43,995 nucleotides of DNA from assembly GCA_044870185.1 (NCBI GenBank), contig JBIOYL010000098.1, positions 1 to 43,995 on the forward strand. The letters run 5' to 3'. The position numbers and the translations under genes were made by a program. The notes under the pieces were generated by a model. The model saw only the letters and a program-made list of their open reading frames with translations, had not been told where the DNA came from and did not search any database. The stretch comes from Actinomycetes bacterium. GTDB taxonomy: Bacteria > Actinomycetota > CALGFH01. Shown piece after piece: positions 11,345 to 20,584 of the stretch. Numbering within the stretch: position 1 is the stretch's first letter; each line of letters begins with the position of its first letter.

Positions 11345-13093
11345 TCACTGAGCAGGAGTGAGTCCTGCCTGGTGGGCGGCCCCGAACGGTCTTGGGTCGC
11401 CTGGTCGCCTGGGGGTGATCGGTCGGCCGGTCGGGTCCTCTGCCGCGGGTGCGGCTGCCCTCGGGCCTTGCGGTTCCCGGGTTTCCTGGTTCGCGGGCCG
11501 GACAGACCGGCGGCTGCCGGTGTGGGCCGCACGGCCAGGTTGGTAGCTCCGTTCCCCATCCTCTCGTGGGGTTCGGTCACACCTTTCCCTTCGCCGTGCT
11601 CGCTGTCCGAGCCCGCGTCTGCCGATGATCACGGCCGCCGCGTGATGGCCGGTCACATCAGACGAGAACTGTTGTTGCAATGTGCGAAGCCAATGCTGGG
11701 CGCCCCACCGGCTGGTGGAGGCCGGGTCGACGGCGACGACGGTCAGGCTGGTGTTGGTGGCCATCTCGACGAGCCGGCGCCGGAACTTGCCGGTGGGGAT
11801 ACCCGCCACCTGCCGCCGGAACGCACGCCCCCGCCCGCCGCGTTGCGGCCGCCGGCCGGACCGTTCCCGTCCCTGGTCACGGGCGTCAGCAAAGTCGAGA
11901 TCCTCGACCACGACCGCCTGACCGCCGTGCCGTTTGGCGAGGCGGACCAGCTCGGAGATGGCTGATCGCAGCCGGCCGTCCCGGACCGAAGCCGCCAGGC
12001 CGGCCAGGTCGAGAGGAACCGTGCACGGTGCGCCCACGGGATTGCCCGACCGGTCGAGAACGACCGCGGCGAGATGGCCGGCGTTCACGTCGACTGCCAC
12101 CACCGGTCCGTGGCGCAGCTGTTCGAGCTCGACCGGCGGCTCGGGGACGGTCATCCACGAGGCGTCCAGCTACCAGCGGTCCTTGCCCGGGTGGTAGCTG
12201 ATGTCGTAGCGGACCGCGCCGGTGCGAGTCTGGGCGGCGACCTCGTCGCCTCGGTAGGCAAAGCGCACGTGGCCGATCCGATACCGGCCGTGCTCGGCGT
12301 TGGCCAGATGCGCCAACGGTTCGGGGAGCCTGACCTCCAAGGTGTGCGCATCGGGGTCCCAGCGGATCGTCTCGTTCTTCAGCCGCTTGTCCGCCTCGCC
12401 GTCCGCGGTCAGAAACCAACGGGCCGCCTCCCACCGCCTGCGCCAACCCCGCTCGTCCAACCCGGCCGCCTGAAGGTTGTGACGGGCCCGGGCCAGCCGT
12501 CGGCCGCCACGACACACCGACATCGTGCCCTCCGCCAGCCGGGCTTCCACCACCCGCAGACGGGTCTGGAGGACCTGGAGGCGGCGCTGCTGCTCCCACC
12601 GCTCGCCCCGGGTCCGGGTCGCGTACCCCCGCGTACGGCCCTGACGGCCGCCGACCGGGACGGCCAGCCGCCGGCGCAGCCGCCCAACCCGGGCTCGCAA
12701 ACTGCGCTGCTCGGCCAGCAGGTTCCGCTCCGCCAACCGCCAGGCGTCCTCGCTCGTGCGGGTGATCGCCCCCGCCCACCGTGACGTGCACGCGGCGGTC
12801 AACGCCTGCTTGCGCACCGTCCGAGACTGCTTGTTCCCCTTGGCGTCCAGGCGGCCCTGCGAGCACCGCCAAGCCAGATCCCGGCCCGCCAGCACGCCCA
12901 GATGCTTGCCCGCCGCTCGCAACACCTTGGCGTCCGCCGCTGACGCCGCAAGCCGGGTGCGCACTCGCACACCCGCCGGCGGGGCGACCACGAACGGCCC
13001 GGCGAGCGGGCGCAGACGACGGCGGCTCACCCGGCCTTGCCGTCTCCTGCCAGGCACCGGTTCTACTCGTACTCGTCGTCGGTGGACCGCCAC
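11345..13093 (-). pseudogene. TnpB-related (IS200/IS605 OrfB-like) frame interrupted by an in-frame TAG
   Basis: ORFs 12170-13093 and 11345-12154 are in the same frame and separated only by TAG 12170-12172 ('GKDRW*LDASWMTVPEP'). RuvC-like 'VVAVDVNAGH', 'VVVEDLDF' and 'VDPASTSRWG' are present. There is no CxxC zinc ribbon, and 'GHHAAAVIIGRRG' replaces the 'aDxNAAxNI' motif. The true start is uncertain. Confidence 0.7.
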
Positions 13094-13272
13094 ACGACGG
13101 TCCCTGTGCTGACATCGACAACGCGGACCTCCTGGATGGCCGGGTCGTCGACGCCCTCGATGGCCGTGGCAACAGCCGCCGCACGATCCCTGTAGGTCCG
13201 ACTGAAGGCGTCCGACGGCAGCCAGTCACTTGCCAGGGCCAGATCACGCTCGATCCGATATCCGCTGCCCAC
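13063..13272 (-). CDS. small acidic hypothetical protein inside the IS607-like element
   Basis: 69 codons with a GTG start preceded by GGAGG (8-nt spacer). Non-Arg-rich, plausible composition. Lies between the recombinase and the TnpB-related frame. Confidence 0.45.
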   Translation of the reverse strand: MGSGYRIERDLALASDWLPSDAFSRTYRDRAAAVATAIEGVDDPAIQEVRVVDVSTGTVVWRSTDDEYE

Positions 13273-13374
13273 GTCATTGACCTCCGTCTGCGTTGCCGTA
13301 CCGCCCGGCGCCGGGCCGGGCTGTCTCCAAGCCGGTTGGTTCCGAACAGCCCGGCAGCAAGCTCCGCAGCGCGC

Positions 13375-14000
13375 TCATGACGACATGCTCCCACTGGCCT
13401 GTGACGACAGCGCCTTCGGTCCCACATTGCGCTGCGCGCAGCGCAACGCCTTCTGCGCCCGGTTCCGGGCCGAACGGCGACCGTACAACTGGGCGCAAAC
13501 GACGTGAGCACCTCCAGCAGGTCCCGCACCAGATCGTCGTCCACCTCACCGTCGTCGAGCACCACCAGACGCCGGCCGTGAGCCGAAAGAGCCGCTTCCA
13601 CCAGCTCGGCGTTCATCCTTGCCAGCCGGTCCCGGTGCTCCACCACGACCATGGTCACCCTCGGATCGGCCAGCAGGCGACGCAGCTTCGAGCGACCCCC
13701 GTTCATCCCGGAGCCGACCTCGACCTCCACGCGGACAACCGGGTTCCCGGTCCTGGCCGCCCACTCGCTCAGCCGGGCCACCTGGCGATCGAGATCCGAC
13801 CGCTGGTCATGCGACGACACCCGGGCATACAGCCCCAGCGCGACCGGCGCCTCAGCGCCGATCGCCTCAGGAGCGACCAGGACCGGACGTTCGTTCACTC
13901 GAACGGCTGGAACCGGCAACGTCCCGTTGCGGAACCACCGGTATGCCGTCTGGGGATGGGGATGCACACCCTGTCGCCTCGCCCATTCGGTCAGATTCAC
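13375..14000 (-). pseudogene. tnpA: IS607-family serine recombinase transposase (MerR-like HTH + resolvase core), frameshifted near the C-terminus
   Basis: 'NLTEWARRQGV...TAYRWFRNGTLPVPA', catalytic 'LYARVSSHDQRSDLDRQV' and 'VVEHRDRLARMN' are present. After 'EVLTSF' the frame is lost. Adding one A to the AAA run at 13497-13499 restores 'FCAQLYGRRSARNRAQKALRCAQ...' with a TGA at 13375-13377. Confidence 0.8.
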
Positions 14001-14030
14001 GAGCCCAAGATCTCACTCGTGCGTGTGTTC

Positions 14031-14050
14031 GCTCAGTATCGCTCAGTATC
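14031..14050. repeat. perfect tandem 10-mer GCTCAGTATC x2 at the recombinase-proximal IS end
   Basis: Read directly from the sequence. The nhaA-frame stop codon (14043-14045) lies inside the second copy. Confidence 0.8.
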
Positions 14051-15147
14051 TCCTCAACAGTTGGCGACCCTCCCAGCTCGGCCTGCTACCGACCTGAGCG
14101 GACGGCGCCCGGGAAGCGGCACCCGGCCGGACGCGGGCCACGCTCGGGGCGCCGGCCAGCAGGGCTGCGCCGGCCAGGCCGCTGGCCAGCGACCCGGCCA
14201 GGATGCCGACCTTGGCCAGGCCGACCAGCCCGCCGCCGGCGTAGGCGAGCTCGGCGACGAACAGCGACACCGTGAAGCCGACCCCGGCCAGCGCGCCGAG
14301 CCCGACCACGTGGCGCATTGACAGGTCGTTGGGCAGGGCGCCCAGGCGCAGCCGCATGGCGGCGACGCTCGCCACGGTGACGCCGAGGAGCTTGCCGGCC
14401 AGCAACCCGACCGCGACGCCCCAGGCGACCGGGCTGGCGGCCGCGGCCCGCAGCGCCTCCGCGCCCAGCGGCACGCCGGCGTTGGCGAGCGCGAACACCG
14501 GCACGACCAGGTAGCTGGAGACCGGGTGCAGGCGGTGCTCGAGCTGCTGCAGCACCGGGCGGCCCCGCACCGGCCGGGCCGGGGTGGCCAGCCCGAGCGC
14601 CACCCCGGCGATGGTGGCGTGCACGCCCGACTCCAGCGTCGCCAGCCACACCAGCATCCCCAGCGGAACGTAGGCACCGACCGCACGCACGCCGAGCCGT
14701 TGCAGCGTGACCACGCCGGCCAGGCCGCCCACGGCCACGGCCAGCCACCCGACCGCGATCTGGTCCGAGTAGAACACCGCGATGACGGTGATCGCCAGGA
14801 TGTCGTCGACGATCGCCAGGGTCAGCAGGAACAGCTTGGCGCCGGCCGGCACCCGCGAGCCGAGCACGGCCAGCACCCCCAGCGAACGCGATGTCGGTGG
14901 CCATCGGGATGCCCCAGCCGCGGACGCCCGCGCCGCCGACGTTCAGGGCGAGGCCGTCGCCGACCCAGTGCTTGAGGTCCTCGGTGACCGCCAGCGGGCC
15001 CACGCCGACGGTGAGCTCCCACCCCCACAGGGCCTGGTAGGCGCCGGCCAGCAGCACCAGGCCGCCGGCCGCCTCGGCGTGCAGGAACTGGCCGAGCGGG
15101 CTGACGACGCGGCGCACGGCCTTGGCGGGACTGCCGGTGGTGGCCAC
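14043..15147 (-). pseudogene. nhaA: Na+/H+ antiporter NhaA, decayed (two internal deletions plus a 2-nt frameshift)
   Basis: The C-terminal 277 codons are clean NhaA ('LAIVDDILAITVIAVFY', 'ESGVHATIAGVALG', 'FALANAGV'). The N-terminal part is in another frame ('FLHAEAAGGLVLLAGA|YQALWGWELTV...HWVGDGLA|LNVGGAGVRGWGIPMATDIAFA'). Compared with remembered E. coli NhaA it lacks about 15 and about 48 residues. 'GCGTTCGCTGGGG' needs 2 nt to give 'AFALGV'. Confidence 0.8.
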
Positions 15148-15329
15148 GGGCCTCTCCTGATCGGATCTCGGGCCGCCCGCCGGGCCGATGATGCCGTCGA
15201 CACCGACGTGGCAGGAAGGGCGCCCATCGGCGAAGATCAGCCCGTGCTGCTTGCTGGAACCAGGCAAGCAGCTCGAAGCAGAGAACCTGGATCGGGATCG
15301 TGCCGGGTGCCGGCCAGGCGGCCGGTCGT

Positions 15330-15409
15330 GGAGGTGGCGGCACGGTGACGGCTAGGCGGCGGGGCGGGCAGGCGGCGGAGGTGACGGCACGGTGACGGCC
15401 AGGCGGCGG
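15330..15409. repeat. 33-nt direct repeat (31/33 identical), copies at 15330-15362 and 15377-15409
   Basis: GGAGGTG[G/A]CGGCACGGTGACGGC[T/C]AGGCGGCGG read directly from the sequence. The second copy contains the annotated GTG start of the PucR gene. Confidence 0.8.
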
Positions 15410-16570
15410 TCCGAACAGGCCCGTGCCGGCACGCCGACGCCGGCGATCGCGCGCATCGGCGCCGCCGTCGCCGAGGCCGGGTCGATCCCGGCCTCCCTGC
15501 TCGGCGACTACCTCCCGGCGCTGGTCGCGGTCGCCGACACCGGCCGGCGCCTGACCCGCGGCGAACTGGACGCCTGCCGGGAGCGCGGCGTCGAGGCGGC
15601 CACGCTGGGCGTGCCGCTGCGCGTCGTGGTCGACGCCTACCTGACCGCGACCTGGCAGGTCTGGGATCAGCTGCCCGCCGCCCGGGCGGCGGGCCGCGTC
15701 GGCGTCCTGCGCTCGGTCGCCCTGGCGGTCCTGCGCGCCGCCGACGACGCGGTGGCCGCGCTCGCCGACGGCTACGACAGCGCCCGCCAGCTCACCATCC
15801 GCCGGGAGGAGGCGCTGCGGCGGGAGTTCATCGACGACCTGCTCGGCGGCCGCGGCGACCTCGAGCTGCTGATCGAACGGGCCGAGCGGTTCGGGCTGCG
15901 CCTGGCCGGCCGCCATGCCGTCGCGGTCGCCACCGGCGCCGAGCCGCTCACCGACGCCACCGCCCTCACGCGGCACGCCGAGGCCGAGGTGCGCCACCGG
16001 TTCGGCAGCCGCGACGCCCTGGTCGCCACCAAGGGCGGGCTGCTGGTCTGCGTCGTCCCCGTGGCCGACGGCGGGGCCGGCGACCTGGCCAGGCTGCTGC
16101 ACCGCCTCGGCGGTCTGCGGGTCGGCGTGGGCCGGTCTCGGGCCGGGCCCACCGGCGTCGCCCGCTCCTACGAGGAGGCCGTGGAGGCGCTCGACCTGGC
16201 CGGCCGCCTCGGCCTCGACGACCCGGTGGTGGAGGCCGCCAGCCTGCTGGTGTACCGGGTGCTGCTGCGCGACCGCGGCGCGATCGCCGAGCTCGTCGGC
16301 GGCGTGCTCGGCCCGCTCGAGCGGGCCCGGGGCGGAGCCGGGCCGCTGCTGGACACCCTGGCCGCCTACTTCGCAACCGGCGGGGTCGCCGCCCAGACCG
16401 CCCGCCGCCTGCACATCGGCGTCCGCACCGTCACCTACCGGCTCGACCGCATCCGCACCCTCACCGGCTACGCCGCCACCGACCCGGCCCACCGCTTCAC
16501 GCTGGAGGCCGCCGTGCTCGGCGCCCGACTGCTCGACTGGCCGACCACCCCGATCGAGCCGATCGAATGA
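15392..16570 (+). CDS. PucR/CdaR-family transcriptional regulator
   Basis: C-terminal PucR-type HTH 'LLDTLAAYFATGGVAAQTARRLHIGVRTVTYRLDRIRTLTG'. The exact start is uncertain. Confidence 0.8.
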   Translation: MTARRRSEQARAGTPTPAIARIGAAVAEAGSIPASLLGDYLPALVAVADTGRRLTRGELDACRERGVEAATLGVPLRVVVDAYLTATWQVWDQLPAARAAGRVGVLRSVALAVLRAADDAVAALADGYDSARQLTIRREEALRREFIDDLLGGRGDLELLIERAERFGLRLAGRHAVAVATGAEPLTDATALTRHAEAEVRHRFGSRDALVATKGGLLVCVVPVADGGAGDLARLLHRLGGLRVGVGRSRAGPTGVARSYEEAVEALDLAGRLGLDDPVVEAASLLVYRVLLRDRGAIAELVGGVLGPLERARGGAGPLLDTLAAYFATGGVAAQTARRLHIGVRTVTYRLDRIRTLTGYAATDPAHRFTLEAAVLGARLLDWPTTPIEPIE

Positions 16571-16590
16571 GCCGTGCGGGCGCTGGCCGT

Positions 16591-16613
16591 TGCTTGCCGC
16601 CTCCCGGCAAGCA
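16591..16613 (+). terminator. stem-loop downstream of the PucR gene
   Basis: Perfect 9-bp stem TGCTTGCCG/CGGCAAGCA with a CCTCC loop, 21 nt after the stop. No U-tract. Confidence 0.45.
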
Positions 16614-16733
16614 GCAGCCCCCGGATCGGCGCGGCACGACCCTGTTGGACGGCATCGCCGGGCGAGCACACTTGCCTCCTGCGGCGCCGGCCAGCCTCAA
16701 CCGAACGCGCCGGCGCCCGAGAGGAGGTCTCCC

Positions 16734-17003
16734 GTGACCGTCAAGTGCATCACCTGCGACCTGGTGTTCCGGACGAGCAACGAGCTGGACTGGCACGTCC
16801 GCGAAGAGCACCTGCGGCCAAGCCTGCCGGCCACGACCCCGCCAGCCAAGGCCACCGGCTCCTCTGCCGACCCATCCCGTTCCCATGCCCCCCCGGCACC
16901 TGGTGCGGCCGGGACGGCGGCCGCCGGGACGGCGACCGCCGGCCTGCTCACACGGCTCCGCGACCGCCTCGGCCTGTCCGGGCGCCGCCAACCACCACGG
17001 TAG
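16734..17003 (+). CDS. small protein with a single classical-spacing C2H2 zinc-finger motif
   Basis: GTG start 6 nt after GAGGAGG. 'KCITCDLVFRTSNELDWHVREEH' fits C-x2-C-x3-F-x5-L-x2-H-x4-H exactly. The rest is a Pro/Ala/Thr-rich tail. Confidence 0.6.
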   Translation: MTVKCITCDLVFRTSNELDWHVREEHLRPSLPATTPPAKATGSSADPSRSHAPPAPGAAGTAAAGTATAGLLTRLRDRLGLSGRRQPPR

Positions 17004-17108
17004 AGGTTCCGGCTCCTTGCCGATCACCCACCGGGCCGATCGGGCGGCCCGCCGCCCGAGACGAGGAGGCCGCGGCGGACGCTGCCCGGTCGAGGCAGCG
17101 TCCGAAGG

Positions 17109-17333
17109 TCAGTCGCCGTAGTGTCGACTGCAGGCCAGCAGGATCTTCCGGCCCTCGGGACCGCGAAGGAACGTGATCCGAAGCGAGTCGGAGGCCGAGG
17201 CCGACCAGAGCCCGGCGAGCTTGCCTTGAAGCTGATGCAGCCGCAGCGATGGATGCCGCTCGTTCGATGCCAGGAGCCGCAGCGCCCGTGTGAAGGCTCT
17301 ACAGTGGGAGCACCGTACCGAACGCACCGCCAA
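17109..17333 (-). pseudogene. RelE/StbE/ParE-superfamily toxin remnant (N-terminus missing)
   Basis: 'FTRALRLLASNERHPSLRLHQLQGKLAGLWSASASDSLRITFLRGPEGRKILLACSRH' matches the RelE/StbE core (nP.hPsL..H.L.G.l.G.wS....d.Ri.F). The upstream in-frame sequence hits a stop with no usable start for the first strand/helix, so only a TTG start is available. Confidence 0.55.
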
Positions 17334-17389
17334 CGGGAGGCGGGAGCCTTCCTCTTGTGGAAGAATTTCGGCTCCCCGGGGAGCTCGTC

Positions 17390-17661
17390 ATGAAGACCAT
17401 CACCATGAGCCCGAACGGGCGCCTCACGCTGCCGAGGCACGCCAGAAGCTTGGCCTGACCGGTGCCAGTGAGCTCGAGGTCGAGGTGACCGACGGCGCCG
17501 TGCTGCTGCGGCCCGTCGTCGTGCTCCGTCGCGACGACGCCTGGGCCTACACCGATGCGCACCTGGAGAAGGTGGCCAGGGCGCTTGCCGACGTCCAGGC
17601 GGGACGGGTGCGGCGGCTCTCCGAAGCCGACCTCACCGCCTTGGCGGACGACGACGAATAG
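17390..17661 (+). pseudogene. AbrB/MazE/SpoVT-type antitoxin-like gene with a 1-nt frameshift
   Basis: 'MKTITMSPNGRLTLP' runs to a TGA at 17456-17458. One extra G near 17434-17436 (CCG GAG) would join it to 'EARQKLGLTGASELEVEVTDGAVLLRPVVV...' ending at 17661. GGGGAG RBS. Confidence 0.6.
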
Positions 17662-17680
17662 CCCGCGGCCCGGTCACTGT

Positions 17681-17707
17681 GGCTGCCGGGCGCGGCCCCA
17701 GGCAGCC
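17681..17707. terminator. bidirectional hairpin between convergent genes
   Basis: GGCTGCC (17681-17687) pairs with GGCAGCC (17701-17707), with an inner GGGC/GCCC stem. Confidence 0.4.
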
Positions 17708-17720
17708 GTGCCGCCGGCCG

Positions 17721-19310
<1,590 letters not shown>

Positions 19311-20378
19311 CGGTCGCCTCCACCCGGTCCGCCGCCCACCTGGCTCCAGGTCGCCTGGCCCCTGGTCGCCTGGCTCCAGGTCAGCCTACGCGCCGGCGGC
19401 CGTCACGACAGCGGCGCGAACGCCCGCTCGAAGCCGGCCCAGATGCCCTGGAGGTCGCGCCAGCGGCCGTCTGGTGCGGTGAGCAGGACCGCGTACCCCT
19501 CGCCGCCCGCGACGAAGGTGACGTCGCGCTTGTGGACGAGGCGGCCGCGCTCGGTGACCGTGAACTCCCAGGTGGCCGCCTGCTGGCCGGCGTAGGCGCC
19601 CCGGCTGAGGTCGATCCTGCGGTAGCCGTTGTCCGCGTTGCTGGCCGCGTAGGCACGCTCGTGCCGCTGCCAGACGGTCCAGGGGTCGCCCTCGGGCCGG
19701 TCGCTCGCGTCGACCCGGAAGTACGCGCCCGAGCCGGGGTCGCGCACGACGACCGTGGTGTAGCCGCCCTTGACGCTGTTGCTGGTGACCTGCCAGCCGG
19801 GCGGATAGGCCATGCGGTAGCGCCCGGCCGGGTTGGCCAGCGCCGTCCAGCCGGCCGGGACCTGCTGGCCGGAGGCCGGGCTGGTCGTAGCTGGCGGCCG
19901 GCTGGTTGCGGTGGAGGCCGCTGGTCCGGTCGTGGGCACCGGCCGCGAGGAGGCCGCCGTCGACCTGGGCTGCGACGGTGCCGCGGCCGCCCCCTTGGAG
20001 GGGCTCTTGCGGCCGGTCAGCGCGAGCCCGGCCACGACGGCGGCGGCGAGCGCGAGGGCGACCAGCCCGGCCATGAGCGCGCCGCGGCGAGACCGGTGGG
20101 GTGCCGACCCGGACGGCGCCGGACGGGCGGACGGCGCCGGACGGCCGGGCGGCGATGCCGGATGGGCGGACGGCGCCGGCGAGGAGGCCGGCGGCGCCGG
20201 ACGGGCGGCGGCGGGCGGCGGTGAGGGCGCTGGTGGCTCCGGGGGCGCCGGGTGGACGGTGGCCGGGGGCGAAGGCGCCTGGGGCGAAGGCGCCTGGGGC
20301 TCCGGCGTGGCCGCCGGCTGGCGCAGGTCCAGGTTTCGGGGGCCGCGGCGGCCGTCCCAACCGCCGCCGCGTCGGCGG

Positions 20379-20486
20379 CATCGGCGGGCCGCTCGGCATC
20401 GGCCGGCGGCTCGGCATCGGCCGGCGGCTCGGCATCGGCGGGCCGCTCGGCGCTGGCGGGCCGCTCGGCGCTGGCGGGCAGCTCGG
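20379..20486. repeat. six tandem 18-nt units encoding (P/A)ADAE(P/R)-type repeats in the kinase linker
   Basis: CATCGGC[C/G]GGC[G/C]GCTCGG-type units read directly from the sequence. Confidence 0.8.
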
Positions 20487-20524
20487 CCGTGGCCGAGCCG
20501 TCGTCCGGGGCGGCCGGGGATGCC

Positions 20525-20584
20525 GCGGGCTGGTGCGCGGCGGGCTGGTGCGCGGCGGGCTGGTGCGCGGCGGGCTGGTGCTCG
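20525..20584. repeat. four tandem 15-nt units (GCGGGCTGGTGCGCG) encoding (AAHQP)x4
   Basis: Three perfect copies and one copy with 1 mismatch, read directly from the sequence. Confidence 0.85.

Larger units (their letters stand above)
11305..14050 (-). mobile_element. IS607-like element (serine recombinase + small ORF + TnpB-related frame), decayed
   Basis: Gene content is listed below. Boundaries are provisional and based on the inverted GCGATACT 8-mers (11305-11312 on +, 14035-14042 on -) and the tandem GCTCAGTATC x2 at 14031-14050. Confidence 0.6.

Noticed and set aside
14822-16669. 615-aa minus-strand ORF over the PucR gene, and similar long ORFs at 17674..19323 and 17679..19595 over the mutase
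   Set aside because: These are antisense or off-frame to genes with strong family signatures and have low-complexity Arg/Gly/Pro products.
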